Positions 8,601 through 17,111 of a stretch of 23,686 nt of DNA are shown in pieces; the stretch's first letter is position 1, and every line of letters starts with the position of its first letter. A model generated the notes under the pieces. It saw only the letters and a program-made list of their open reading frames with translations, was not told the DNA's origin and ran no database searches. The position numbers were made by a program, and so were the translations under genes. The stretch is from contig JABTUH010000016.1 of assembly GCA_015075455.1 (NCBI GenBank), positions 192,001-215,686 on the forward strand, given 5' to 3'. Source of the stretch: Kofleriaceae bacterium. Its GTDB lineage: Bacteria > Myxococcota_A > Polyangia > Haliangiales > Haliangiaceae.

Positions 8601-8712
8601 CGGCGGCCTGGCGGTGTCGACCGCGCTCAGCCTGTTCGTGGTCCCCGCCTTCTACGTCGTCGCCGACGCCGTGCGCCGCCGCCTCGGCCTGGGCGGCTCG
8701 GCCGCGCCCTGA
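5650..8712 (+). CDS. RND efflux permease, AcrB/HAE1-like inner-membrane pump (1020 aa)
   Basis: Canonical N-terminus 'MNITEICIRRPVFAWMIMLATVLFGVVAIG' (GTG start overlapping the MFP stop as GTGA). Length ~1020 aa. Two large periplasmic loops plus 12-TM pattern, e.g. 'VVDDAIMVMENIYRH' (AcrB Asp407/408 equivalent). Confidence 0.9.
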   Translation: MNITEICIRRPVFAWMIMLATVLFGVVAIGRVGVSQYPDVDFPTISVGVTWEGAAPDVMEAEVIEVIEEAVMQVEGVRAVNSSARQGQASVTIELDIDRPVDLALQDVQTRVAQAQRRLPVDMDPPTISKTNPEDQPIMWVGLSGPYSRALLTDTAKYEIKERLQTLPGVGEVTLGGFLERNVRIWLDAAALARHKLTPADVQAALQREHVERPAGRIDARGREITVRVLGEAFDLATLRDIIITRIDGAPIRLGAVAVVEDGFEDERRIARSLGFPVQGIGIRKQRGANAVAVAQAVRAELVKINDRLPEGMVAAVNFDSARFIEDTVRHIEIELIMAVLLTALVCWMFLGSLSSTLNVILAIPMSLLGTIAAIYFLGFTLNTFTLLALSLAVGIVVDDAIMVMENIYRHAEMGKPAAQAAREGTREITFAALAATIAVVAIFVPVVFIEGVTGKYFMQFGVTLSIAVLLSYVEAITLAPARCAQFLRAGRHDRMWLGQQVDRGFATLARGYRWLLTRALRWSWVVLLAAATSIVGLVHGVQSLPKEMVPAQDQSRLMVRMFTEVGTSLEETDQVFRQAEEFINAQPEVRRTMAIVGGFGGGNVSQVIVMTSLVPRSERQVSQAEFATRLRRNLSGIAGLRVVVQDLSQSGFTANRGFPVEVSVRGPDWPTLVDEALRLRDALAESGMVMDVDTDYELGMPELRLLPQRDRAADLGISVDDIATAVNTMIGGVRAGKYSSGGRRVDVRLKVRRDQRASPDALGQLYLRARTGEMIPLSTLVELEERPALQSITRRDRERAITITANVAPGYSQQDALTKVRELSKTLPPGYKAVLGGASASFLESFAGLGFAFLLGVAVAYMVLGSQFNSFLHPVTVLTILPLSLVGAVFALLYSGQTLNIFSMIGLLLLAGIVKKNSIILVEYANNARDRGLDARAAMIEAGPTRLRPILMTSIATMTAAVPAALGLGEGSETRTPMAIAVIGGLAVSTALSLFVVPAFYVVADAVRRRLGLGGSAAP

Positions 8713-8754
8713 CGCCGGCGCGCGCGTCGTGGCGTGCCGGCGCGCCGCGCGCGA

Positions 8755-9138
8755 TCAGCCGGCCGTGGCCGCGATCAGCGCCAGCACCCGCGCCCGCAGC
8801 GCCTGCGGCGCCCACGGCTTGGCGATGACCTCGTCGACGACACCGGCGGCCTGGGCCGCGACCAGGGTCGGCTCGTCGTCGAAGCCGGTCACGACCACGA
8901 CCCGCAGCCGGGGCCAGCGCGCGCGCGCGGCCCGGGCCAGCTCGACCCCGGTCGGCCGCCCCAGGGCCAGGTCGCTGACCAGGGCGTCGGCCGGCCAGCG
9001 CTCGAGCACCGCCAGGGCCTCGGTGGCGTCGGCGGCGGCCACCACCTCGGCGGCGCGGGCGAAGGTCCGCACCATCAGGTCGCGGTTGTACAGCTCGTCG
9101 TCGACGACCAGGATGCGCGGCGGCGGACCGTCAGCCAC
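8755..9138 (-). CDS. Single-domain response regulator (CheY-like receiver)
   Basis: 'RILVVDDE' acidic pocket, '[12 protein letters not shown]' phospho-acceptor Asp, 'VVVVTG' Thr, 'AKPW' Lys. No output domain. GTG start overlaps the histidine-kinase stop by 8 nt. Confidence 0.8.
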   Translation of the reverse strand: MADGPPPRILVVDDELYNRDLMVRTFARAAEVVAAADATEALAVLERWPADALVSDLALGRPTGVELARAARARWPRLRVVVVTGFDDEPTLVAAQAAGVVDEVIAKPWAPQALRARVLALIAATAG

Positions 9139-10501
9139 CGCCGACCTCGTCGCCGAGGCCCGCTGCCCGTGATCCTGGCGCGACCGCGAGCGGCGCCGGG
9201 GCCTCGACCCGCGGCCGCTCCGCCGCGCCGTCGCTCGGGCCGCGCACCGGGATCGTGACCACGAACTCGGCGCCAGCGCCGGCGCGGTTGGCCCAGCGCA
9301 AGGAGCCGCCGTGGGCGCGCACGATGTTGGCGCAGATCCACAGCCCGAGGCCGGTGCCCTCGCCGACCTCCTTGGTGGTGAAGAACGGATCCGAGATCTT
9401 CTCCATCAGGTCGGGCTTGATGCCGGGCCCCGAGTCACAGATGGTGACGCGGATCGCCGCCCCGTCGTCGACGGTCTCGATCGCGACGTCGATCCACCCG
9501 GTGCCGGCGATGGCCTGGGCGGCGTTGGTCAGGATGTTCATGAACACCTGGTTGACGTGGCCGGCGTTGCACAGCACCCGCGGCACGCCGGGCGCGATCC
9601 GGCGCCGGACCTCGACCCGGTTCTTGAGCAGGGGCCCGATCAGGTTGAGCGTGGTGTCGATGCCGCCGACGATGTCGGTCTCGGCCAGCTCGTTACCCCC
9701 GGTGCGCGCGAAGCTCTTGAGATCGGCGACGATGTCGGCGGTGCGCTCGGCGCCGGCCCGGATCGACCGCAGGAGCTTGCGCCAGTCGGCGACCAGGAAG
9801 TCGAGCTCGACCTCGGCCTTGAGCGCGTCGAGCGCGGCCCGCAGCTCGGGCGGCAGCGCCGCGCCATCGACCAGCGCCACCAGCCGCAGCAGGTCCTCCA
9901 TGTACTGGCCGAGGAAGTCGACGTTGCCGTAGACGAAGTTGATCGGGTTGTTGAGCTCGTGGGCGATGCCGGCCACCAGCCGGCCCAGCGACGACATCTT
10001 CTCCTGGTGGACGAGCTGGGCCTGGGCCGCGCGCAGCTCGTCGGTGCGCTCCCGCACCTTCTCCTCGAGGTCGCCCTTGGCCCGCCGCTCGTGCTCGAGC
10101 GCGACCTTGAGCCGGCGCTGGATGCGGACGTCGGCGGTGACGTCGCGGTAGGTCTCGACCACCACCGCCTCGCCGTCGTCGAGCTCGACCGGGGCCGCGG
10201 TCACGATGAAGGTGAGGTCCTCGCCGTCGCCGCGGCGGGCGCCGATCTCGTCGACCCGAAGCCGCCGCCCGACCTCGCGCACCTTGCAGCCCAGGCACGC
10301 CTGCTCGCAGATCTCGAGCTTGAACAGCTCGTGGCAGCGGGCCCCGGCCTTGACCTTCTCGGCGAGCTGGCGCCCGCGCAGGCCGGTCAGCGCCTCGTAG
10401 GCCTGGTTGTAGTGGAGCACCCGACGCTCGGCGTCGAGGACGACGGCGGCGTCGACGCTGCCATCGAGGAGCTGGGTGATCTGGTGGAACAGCTTGGCCA
10501 A
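9131..10501 (-). CDS. Sensor histidine kinase: N-terminal PAS-like domain with 4-Cys motif, coiled coil, HisKA, HATPase_c
   Basis: H-box '[19 protein letters not shown]', N-box '[17 protein letters not shown]', G1 'DSGPGI', G2 'GTGLGLWI'. N-terminal '[19 protein letters not shown]' (C-x8-C-x3-C-x2-C). TTG start at 10499-10501. Confidence 0.85.
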   Translation of the reverse strand: MAKLFHQITQLLDGSVDAAVVLDAERRVLHYNQAYEALTGLRGRQLAEKVKAGARCHELFKLEICEQACLGCKVREVGRRLRVDEIGARRGDGEDLTFIVTAAPVELDDGEAVVVETYRDVTADVRIQRRLKVALEHERRAKGDLEEKVRERTDELRAAQAQLVHQEKMSSLGRLVAGIAHELNNPINFVYGNVDFLGQYMEDLLRLVALVDGAALPPELRAALDALKAEVELDFLVADWRKLLRSIRAGAERTADIVADLKSFARTGGNELAETDIVGGIDTTLNLIGPLLKNRVEVRRRIAPGVPRVLCNAGHVNQVFMNILTNAAQAIAGTGWIDVAIETVDDGAAIRVTICDSGPGIKPDLMEKISDPFFTTKEVGEGTGLGLWICANIVRAHGGSLRWANRAGAGAEFVVTIPVRGPSDGAAERPRVEAPAPLAVAPGSRAAGLGDEVGGG

Positions 10502-10550
10502 GCGGGGGGCTCGGGGGGCGGAGCGCGGGATGGTGCCGGATCGGTCCGGA

Positions 10551-11048
10551 TCAGGCCTCCGCCAGGAACGACAGGTAGCGCTCGGGCAGGTCGTCGAACT
10601 CCATGGTCGCGCCGCACTGCGAGCAGGCGAACTGCGGGATCTCGTGCTTGCCGCCGGTCTGCGTGACGTCGACCAGCTTCTCCTCCTCCTGGCCGCAGCG
10701 GTCGCACACGTAGGGCGCGAAGAAGGAGCGGATGCGAGCGTTGCCGCGGAAGTTGTAGATCATGTTGAGCTGGGTCACGATCGCCGGCGAGCAGTGCGAG
10801 AACGACAGCTCGGTGACGTGGGGCAGATCGCGGACGAAGTTGACCCACTCGCGCACGCCGCAGCTGTTGATGCGGCGGACCTCGCCGAGCTGGAACGCCA
10901 CGGCGCCGCGCAGCCGCCGCCGCAGCTCGACGAAGTCGGCGTTCTCGTCGATCTCCCCCACGAACTCGACGGTGGTCAGGCCGGGGCGTTCGCGGATGCG
11001 CCACGACAGCGCGACCGGCTCGGGCCCCCGCACGTCCGCCGTCGCCAT
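10551..11048 (-). CDS. STAS-domain (anti-sigma-factor-antagonist-like) protein fused to C-terminal C4 zinc ribbon
   Basis: '[18 protein letters not shown]...[23 protein letters not shown]...SPAIVTQL' aligns by eye to SpoIIAA ('IRLTGELD...IVLNLEDLSFMDSSGLGVILG...SPAVKRL'), including the phospho-Ser position. C-terminal 'CDRCGQ-x24-CSQCG' zinc ribbon. ATG at 11046-11048, 4 nt after the upstream gene stop. Confidence 0.75.
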   Translation of the reverse strand: MATADVRGPEPVALSWRIRERPGLTTVEFVGEIDENADFVELRRRLRGAVAFQLGEVRRINSCGVREWVNFVRDLPHVTELSFSHCSPAIVTQLNMIYNFRGNARIRSFFAPYVCDRCGQEEEKLVDVTQTGGKHEIPQFACSQCGATMEFDDLPERYLSFLAEA

Positions 11049-11052
11049 CGCC

Positions 11053-11976
11053 TCACTCCATCCGCTCGGGCGACTTCTCGAAGTGCTGGCGGACCTCGGT
11101 CCGCGCCGCCTCGTCGAGCGACGCCGGCTCGATCAGCACGTCCTTGACGTCGAAGCGCACCGGCTCGGGGCTGGCGAAGACGCCGCGCTTGACGACGCGG
11201 CCCATGCGCCCGGCGAGGCCCTGGTAGGCGGCCTTCGACGGCGAGGCCCAGCCCGAGATCGCGCCGCCGCCGCCGAAGCGGGTCACCGCGGTCCCGACCG
11301 AGGCGACCGTCGCCGCCGGCACCTTGGCGTTGACCTGGACGAAGGCGGGGTTGGGCACCGCGCCGGTGTCGAACAGCTTGGCCAGGCCCTTCTGCGAGCC
11401 GATGGGCGCGAACACCGCCTGCGCGCCCTTGTACGACGCGACCTCGGCGACCGCGGCCGTCAGGTCGGGCTTGCCGACCCGGCTGGCGAAGAAGCCGGCG
11501 TCGACCTCGGACTCGAGCATGGCGTTGTCGACGAAGCCGTTGTCGTTGCAGCCGGTCTGCACGAACGCCAGCTTCTTGCCCTCGAGCGCCTTCATGTCGC
11601 CGCCGGCGCCCGAGAACAGGGCGTAGGTGCGGGCGCCGCTGCCGCCGATCTGGGCGTTGGCCAGCAGGTTCCAGCCCAGGTTGGTGGCGTAGCACTGGGC
11701 GTCGACGATCGCGAAGTCGACGCCGGCGCTCTTGAGGGCGCCGAACGAGGCGAACGACTTGGCCTCGGTCTTGACCCCGGTCTGGGCCTCGATCGCCTTG
11801 GCCAGGCCCTGGACGTAGGACAGGCGGTCCTGGGCGGTGCCGAACTCGACCGACGGCGCGTAGATGCCGATCACCAGCTTGCCGGGCGCCGGCTGGGTGG
11901 TGCCGGGACGGACCACCAGGGCGACGGCCAGGGCGACCAGGCAGAGCGTCGGGATGATGATGCTGAGCTTGCGCAT
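11053..11976 (-). CDS. Periplasmic solute-binding protein, PhnD/SsuA-like (putative)
   Basis: Signal peptide '[22 protein letters not shown]'. AGGAG 8 nt upstream of ATG. Type-2 SBP-like pattern '[10 protein letters not shown]...[13 protein letters not shown]...[11 protein letters not shown]...VDAGF'. Family assignment is tentative. Confidence 0.55.
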   Translation of the reverse strand: MRKLSIIIPTLCLVALAVALVVRPGTTQPAPGKLVIGIYAPSVEFGTAQDRLSYVQGLAKAIEAQTGVKTEAKSFASFGALKSAGVDFAIVDAQCYATNLGWNLLANAQIGGSGARTYALFSGAGGDMKALEGKKLAFVQTGCNDNGFVDNAMLESEVDAGFFASRVGKPDLTAAVAEVASYKGAQAVFAPIGSQKGLAKLFDTGAVPNPAFVQVNAKVPAATVASVGTAVTRFGGGGAISGWASPSKAAYQGLAGRMGRVVKRGVFASPEPVRFDVKDVLIEPASLDEAARTEVRQHFEKSPERME

Positions 11977-11995
11977 GGTGTGCTCCTGGGTGCCG

Positions 11996-14647
11996 CTAGT
12001 AGCCGTAGATCCGCTTCTTGGCGTCGATCCACTTCTGGAGATCGCGCGCGCCGGCGACCCGGCCCGACGCCGAGCGCCAGGCCTCGTAGGCGTCCTTGGG
12101 CCGCCCCGCCTGGTCGTAGAGGATGCCGAGGTTGACCAGCGCCTCGGGCGGCTGGCCGCGCAGCGCCTCGAGGGCGCCGATCTTGCTCTTGTCGAGCGAC
12201 AGCACCGCGCGGTTGTTGACCAGGCGACGCTTGGCGTCGTCGCTGGCGAAGCGCTCGGCGCTGTCGAGGGCCTTGGCCGCGGGCCCGGTGCGGCCGTTGC
12301 GCCAGTGGTCGAACGCGACGTACTCCCACGACGACGCGATCAGGTCGCGGACCTTGGTGCTGAAGGCGCCGGTGGCGCTGCCGAGCAGGCGGGTGAAGGT
12401 CGCGGCCGCTCGTTCGCGCAGGGTGGCGTTGTTCGAGCGGTAGTCGGCGTAGGCGCCGAAGAACTCGGTGCCGACCTTGGCGTAGGGCGCCTTGAGGTAC
12501 GCGGCCTGGTTGCCCTTGGCGGCGAGCTGCTTGAAGTACTTGCCGGCCTCGGCGGTGTCGCCCTTCTCGAGCAGGGCCAGGGCGTAGCTGAACTCGAAGG
12601 CCGCTGGCTCGGTGCCCTTGAGCAGCGAGGGCTCGCGGGTCGCGCGCTCCAGGTCGGCCACCGCCTCCGCGTCCTTGCCGGCCTTGATCGCCCGCCAGCC
12701 GCGGCGGAACAGGGCGAGGGCGAGGTTGCGCTTGGCCGCGGGCGCCACCTCCGGCGACTGGGCGGCGAAGCCCACGGCGATGCCGAGCTTCTCGACCGCC
12801 TCGTCGAGCTTGGTGTCGACCAGCAGCGGCGCCCACTCGGTGTAGATCTCGGCCTTCATCAGGTTCGCCTGGTTCTTGGTGGCCTCCTCGTCGGCCTCCG
12901 CGAAGTGCTGGGCGGCCCGCGCCTTGTCGGGCTTCTTCGCGCACAGGTGGGCGCGGCCGGCCAGGCGGTTGTAGAGCATGGAGTAGCCGCGGCGGTTGTC
13001 CTTGATGCGGTCGAGGTAGCGCAGCCCGCCGTCGCAGTCGCCGCGGTCGATGGCCAGGACCGCCAGGTTGAGCGCGACCATCGGCGAGCGGTCGTCGACC
13101 TTGAGCGCCTCCTCGAGGAAGGCGGCCGCGGTCTTGCCGTCACCCTTGGTGAAGGCGCCGGCGGCCTGGGCGTTGATGGTCTCGACGAGCGCGCGCCGGA
13201 TCTGCAGCTCCCTGGGTCGCAGGGCCACCGCGGCCTCGAAGCGCTGGCGCGCCACCACCAGCTTGCCCTGGTTGTACTGGGCCTTGGCGCTGACCAGGTA
13301 GAGCTCGGCGGCGAGCTCGGGCGGCGCGCTGGCGAACGCCTTGCCGGCGATGAGCTGGTCGGCGGTCTTGGCGGCGTCGCCGTCGCGCCGGGCCGCCAGG
13401 TAGGCGCCGCCGAGCTCGATGCCGAGGTCGAAGCTCGACGGGTCGAGCTGGCGGCCGGCCTCGAGCTTCTCGATGGCCAGCGCCAGGTTGGTGTTCTGGG
13501 CGCCGGTCGACGGCATGCGGCGGTAGGTCTTGCCCAGCCGCACGCTGAGCTCGCTGGCGCCCGCGCCGCCGCGCATGAGCTTCTCCGCCTGCAGGTAGGC
13601 CGCCAGGGCCTGGCCCCAGTCGCGCTCCTGGAAGTAGGCGTCGCCGATGAGGATGTAGCCGCGGGGCTCGTTCTTGCGCTTCTTCAGGTACTCGTTGGCG
13701 GCCTGCCGCGCCCGCTGCGGCAGCTTCTTGGCCAGGTACGCCGAGCCGAGGTTGAAGTAGACCGAGCCGTTGCTGTCGATGTTGCGCGGGTTGCCCTGCA
13801 GGCGCTCGCACACGGTGATGGCCTGGTCGAACTTGCGCAGGCCGGTGTAGGCGGCGCACAGTCCGATGTCGGCGTTGGGCTGGGCGTACTGGGCCTTGCC
13901 GTGCTTGCGGACGACGGTCTCGAACTCCTTGACCGCGCGCTCGTAGTCCCGGTTGGCGGCGTCGTGCTGGCTCTCGCGCACCGCCATGCGGCCGCGCGCC
14001 AGGTACGAGAAGCCGAGCCGGATGCGGGGCAGGACGTCGCGGCTCTCGCGATCGGCGGGCCGCGCCGCCAGGTACGCCTCGTAGGCGGTGATCGTCTTCA
14101 GCGGATCGCGGTTGAAGTAGAACTCGCCCAGGATCTGCTGGTTGGAGAACAGCGAGGCCCGCTTGGCCACCGCCTTCTCGGCGACCGCGACCGCGCCCGG
14201 CTTGTCGCCGGTCGCCCACAGGAGCAGCGCCTCCTGCTCGAGGACCTCGGCGGCCTCGGGGTGGGTGCGCTTGGCCACGGTGCGGATGAACTCGAGCCCG
14301 CCCTTGTAGTCGGCCTGGATGATGAAGATCGCCGCCCGCTTGCCGTAGGCCTCGGGCGGGACCTGGGTCGGGGCCGAGCGGATGGCCGAGTCGAAGGCCG
14401 CGGCGGCGCGTCGCCAGTTGGCCTCCTCGAAGTAGCGATCGCCCTCCTTCAGGTCCTCGGCCACGTCGGCGACGGCGGTGCCGGCGGCGAGGAGGACGAG
14501 CACGAGCCCGAGGGCGGCGGCCCAGGTGCGGGCCAGGCCGCGCGTGGCGCAGGACGTTCGCGTTGGTTCGTTCACGGGTTCCTCGTTCACGGGTTCCTCC
14601 ACGGGGGCCGTCGCGGCCCGGGCCTGCCAGCGCTCAGCGTTGCGCAC
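11996..14647 (-). CDS. Large TPR-repeat protein (883 aa) with N-terminal signal/anchor
   Basis: Hydrophobic 'WAAALGLVLVLLAAGTAVA' followed by many ~34-aa TPR-like units ('AAAAFDSAIRSAP', 'AVAEKAVAKRASLF', 'GDAYFQERDWGQALAAYLQA', etc.). Sits in the operon between the PP2C and SBP genes. Start at 14647 is preceded by a 15-bp tandem repeat in the coding region. Confidence 0.75.
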   Translation of the reverse strand: MRNAERWQARAATAPVEEPVNEEPVNEPTRTSCATRGLARTWAAALGLVLVLLAAGTAVADVAEDLKEGDRYFEEANWRRAAAAFDSAIRSAPTQVPPEAYGKRAAIFIIQADYKGGLEFIRTVAKRTHPEAAEVLEQEALLLWATGDKPGAVAVAEKAVAKRASLFSNQQILGEFYFNRDPLKTITAYEAYLAARPADRESRDVLPRIRLGFSYLARGRMAVRESQHDAANRDYERAVKEFETVVRKHGKAQYAQPNADIGLCAAYTGLRKFDQAITVCERLQGNPRNIDSNGSVYFNLGSAYLAKKLPQRARQAANEYLKKRKNEPRGYILIGDAYFQERDWGQALAAYLQAEKLMRGGAGASELSVRLGKTYRRMPSTGAQNTNLALAIEKLEAGRQLDPSSFDLGIELGGAYLAARRDGDAAKTADQLIAGKAFASAPPELAAELYLVSAKAQYNQGKLVVARQRFEAAVALRPRELQIRRALVETINAQAAGAFTKGDGKTAAAFLEEALKVDDRSPMVALNLAVLAIDRGDCDGGLRYLDRIKDNRRGYSMLYNRLAGRAHLCAKKPDKARAAQHFAEADEEATKNQANLMKAEIYTEWAPLLVDTKLDEAVEKLGIAVGFAAQSPEVAPAAKRNLALALFRRGWRAIKAGKDAEAVADLERATREPSLLKGTEPAAFEFSYALALLEKGDTAEAGKYFKQLAAKGNQAAYLKAPYAKVGTEFFGAYADYRSNNATLRERAAATFTRLLGSATGAFSTKVRDLIASSWEYVAFDHWRNGRTGPAAKALDSAERFASDDAKRRLVNNRAVLSLDKSKIGALEALRGQPPEALVNLGILYDQAGRPKDAYEAWRSASGRVAGARDLQKWIDAKKRIYGY
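14568..14600. repeat. Tandem 15-bp repeat 'gttcacgggttcctc' x2 (+1 partial) encoding 'EEPVNEEPVNEP' in the TPR gene 5' end
   Basis: Seen directly in sequence. Confidence 0.8.
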
Positions 14648-14663
14648 CGGTGCTCGCCGGTGC

Positions 14664-16352
14664 TCAGAAGACCTTGCCGATGACGAGCGTGATGTCGTCC
14701 TTGCGGATGTTGTCGCCGAAGAAGTTGGCGGCGTCGGTCACGACGGCGTCGCGGATCTCCCCGGCCTCGAGCGCGGCCGCCCGCCGCACCGAGGCCCGGA
14801 AGCGCTTCTCGCCGTACTCCTCGCCGCCGCTCGACTCGCACTCGACGATGCCGTCCGTGTACCAGACCAGGATGTCGCCGGGCATGAGCTCGGTGGTCTT
14901 GACCTCGTACTTCGACTCCTTGAGGTCGCCGAGCCGGTTGCCGCGGATCATCAGCGAGCCGAACTCGCCCTGCCCGCCCTCCGAGGTCCGGTACAGGTAG
15001 GGGAAGTTGTGGCCGGCGTTGGCGTACGTGATCGTGCGCCGGCGGGTGTCGATGACCGAGGCGAAGCAGGTCATCACGAACTTGCGCTTGGCGCTCTGGT
15101 AGATCGCCGAGTTCATGATCTCGAGCAGCTTGGCCGGGTCGACGTTGTCGCCGTTGACGGCGCGGGCGACGTCGCACGCCGCCTTGGCCGCCGCCGTGAT
15201 CATCGCCGACGGCACGCCGTGGCCGGTGACGTCGCCGATCACGACCAGGACCTTGTCGCCGACCATGTCGTGCCACGTCCACCAGTCGCCGCCGCACTGC
15301 GACGCCGGCTGGAAGTAGCCGGCGAAGCGCAGCGTGCCCTTGTCGACCGGATCGTGGGTCGGCACCAGGGTCTCCTGGATCGTCCGCGCCACCTCGAGCT
15401 CCTTCTCCATCGTCGCCTTCTCGGCGGTCTGCTGGAGCAGCACGAGGAGCTGGTCGGCCATGAAGTTGAAGTTCTCGCCGAGCAGGCCGAGCTCGTCGGT
15501 CGACTTGACCTCGACGCGGGCGGCCAGATCACCGCGGGCGATCTGGTCGGCCTTCCACGCCAGGAGCTTGATGGGCTTGGAGATCTGGACGCCCTGGAAG
15601 ATCGCGAGCAGGGTGCCGATGAGCACGAACAGCGCGCCGAAGGCGCCGGTGCGTAGCGCGGCCTTGCGCGCCTCCTCGTCCTTGAGCTTGGCGCTCTCGC
15701 GGGCGAAGGTGTCGACCGGCGACAGGTCGTAGCCGAAGACCACGTAGCCCTGACGGTTCTCGCCCGGGTCGTCGGCCGCGGCGGCGGCCGGGCTCCAGCC
15801 GACCTGCTCGCCCGAGAACACCGGGTAGGCGAACAACAGCAGCTTGCCGTCCTCGCCGGCGGTCCAGTCGAGCGAGACGCTGATCTCGGGCTCGGTCGCG
15901 GCGGCGCGCCGCTTCCACTCCTCCAGCACCTTGGCCCACGACGCGTGCTTGACCCGCTCGCCCTCGACCTCGCCGGCGGCGTCGCAGCGGTCGTCCTTGC
16001 GCCGGCAGTACTTGATGAGGTTCTGGACGCGACCGACGACGTAGACCAGCTTGAGCTCGGCGTCGTGCTTGAGGGTGTCGTCGACGATCTCCTTGATCTC
16101 GACGTCCTGGGTGTTGATGAAGTACGAGCGCAGGCCCTGGCCGAAGAAGATCGTGTTGGTCTCGCCCTTGCTCTCGAGCTGCTTGCGGTACTCGGTGATC
16201 TTGTCCTTGGCCGCGCGATCGTAGGCCTCGCGGATGTTGCACGCGTTCAGCAGACCGAAGCCCACCACCGTGAGGAGGATCAGGAACGTGGTGGTCAAGA
16301 TCATCTTGACCGAGATGCTCAAGCCGCCGCGCTTTGCCATTGGCCATGCCAT
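14664..16352 (-). CDS. Membrane-bound RsbU/SpoIIE-type PP2C serine phosphatase with periplasmic sensor region and HAMP domain
   Basis: TM1 '[18 protein letters not shown]', ~200-aa extracytoplasmic region, TM2 '[17 protein letters not shown]'. HAMP-like '[45 protein letters not shown]'. PP2C motifs '[10 protein letters not shown]', '[15 protein letters not shown]', 'NAGHNFPYL', 'VWYTDGIVE'. Confidence 0.85.
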   Translation of the reverse strand: MAWPMAKRGGLSISVKMILTTTFLILLTVVGFGLLNACNIREAYDRAAKDKITEYRKQLESKGETNTIFFGQGLRSYFINTQDVEIKEIVDDTLKHDAELKLVYVVGRVQNLIKYCRRKDDRCDAAGEVEGERVKHASWAKVLEEWKRRAAATEPEISVSLDWTAGEDGKLLLFAYPVFSGEQVGWSPAAAAADDPGENRQGYVVFGYDLSPVDTFARESAKLKDEEARKAALRTGAFGALFVLIGTLLAIFQGVQISKPIKLLAWKADQIARGDLAARVEVKSTDELGLLGENFNFMADQLLVLLQQTAEKATMEKELEVARTIQETLVPTHDPVDKGTLRFAGYFQPASQCGGDWWTWHDMVGDKVLVVIGDVTGHGVPSAMITAAAKAACDVARAVNGDNVDPAKLLEIMNSAIYQSAKRKFVMTCFASVIDTRRRTITYANAGHNFPYLYRTSEGGQGEFGSLMIRGNRLGDLKESKYEVKTTELMPGDILVWYTDGIVECESSGGEEYGEKRFRASVRRAAALEAGEIRDAVVTDAANFFGDNIRKDDITLVIGKVF

Positions 16353-16522
16353 GTTACGGCGTCTGGTCGGAAGGGGTCAACGAAGCGTCCCCGCGACCGG
16401 TCGGTCCATGTCCGGTGTAAAGTTCCACATGCGCCGATGTGGGTGTCCCGCGCGCACCGCCGCGCGCCTCGGCCGTCGGCGCCAGGGGTCGCATTGGCGA
16501 GCGCGCGACGCGCTCTGCTACG

Positions 16523-17089
16523 ATGCCGGGGATGGAGTCCCACCCCGCGCTGACCCAGTTCCTGACCGAGTTCAAGCGCGTGGCCAGCGCCATCGTCGAC
16601 AGCTACTTCATCGTCGACACCGAGCGCCGCATCGTCGACTTCAACCGCGCGTTCTTCGCGATGCTGCCGCGGCAGGTGGCGCGCGGCCTCAAGGGCAAGC
16701 GCTGCTTCGAGGTCATCGAGCTCAACATCTGCCGCAGCGAGTGCATCGCCCAGCAGTGCTGGACCGACAACCGACACGTCCGGCTCGACGAGATCAGCGG
16801 CAAGGTGCTGGGCGAGCCCGACGCCAAGGAGCTGCGCTTCATCCTGTCGGCGGTGCCGATCACCGACGAGAGCGGCCAGCACGTCGGCGCCCTCGAGATC
16901 CAGCGCAACGTCACCGACGAGGCGGTGGTCCAGGTCAAGTACCAGGAGATGCTCGAGAACGAGGCCCGCGAGCGCGAGCGCCTCGCCAACCAGATCCGCG
17001 CCCGCACCAAGGAGCTGCTCGAGACCAACCAGCTCCTGCTCAAGACCCAGAAGGAGCTCCTGTCCTACAAGAAGGGCCTCTCGGCCTGA
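16523..17089 (+). CDS. Stand-alone PAS-like sensor domain with 4-Cys motif plus C-terminal coiled coil; kinase-less paralog of the histidine-kinase N-terminus
   Basis: '[22 protein letters not shown]' (C-x8-C-x3-C-x4-C). Collinear similarity to histidine-kinase residues ~20-190 ('[16 protein letters not shown]' vs '[16 protein letters not shown]', '[10 protein letters not shown]' vs '[10 protein letters not shown]', '[14 protein letters not shown]' vs '[14 protein letters not shown]'). Ends just before where the histidine-kinase H-box would start. Start at ATG 16523 or 16532. Confidence 0.75.
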   Translation: MPGMESHPALTQFLTEFKRVASAIVDSYFIVDTERRIVDFNRAFFAMLPRQVARGLKGKRCFEVIELNICRSECIAQQCWTDNRHVRLDEISGKVLGEPDAKELRFILSAVPITDESGQHVGALEIQRNVTDEAVVQVKYQEMLENEARERERLANQIRARTKELLETNQLLLKTQKELLSYKKGLSA

Positions 17090-17111
17090 GCGCCGGGTGC
17101 CCCCCCCGGGG

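Noticed and set aside
5055-8828. 1257-aa + strand ORF overlapping the RND pump gene in another frame
   Set aside because: Translation is Arg/Pro/Gly/Ala low complexity typical of off-frame reading of high-GC coding DNA. The in-frame AcrB-like ORF 5650..8712 has full family motifs.
10551-11048. PilZ (c-di-GMP binding) assignment for the 'INSCG' motif proteins
   Set aside because: PilZ requires RxxxR plus D/NxSxxG spacing. Here Ser-Cys-Gly are contiguous and the flanking sequence aligns far better to the STAS/SpoIIAA 'DSSGLG' region.
11864-14683. 939-aa + strand ORF antisense to the 883-aa TPR gene, plus minus-strand alt-frame ORFs 11871..12944 and 13140..14219
   Set aside because: Low-complexity translations. 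High-GC antisense/alt-frame artefacts.
15529-16347. 272-aa minus-strand ORF inside the PP2C gene
   Set aside because: Alternative frame of the same strand. Arg-rich nonsense.
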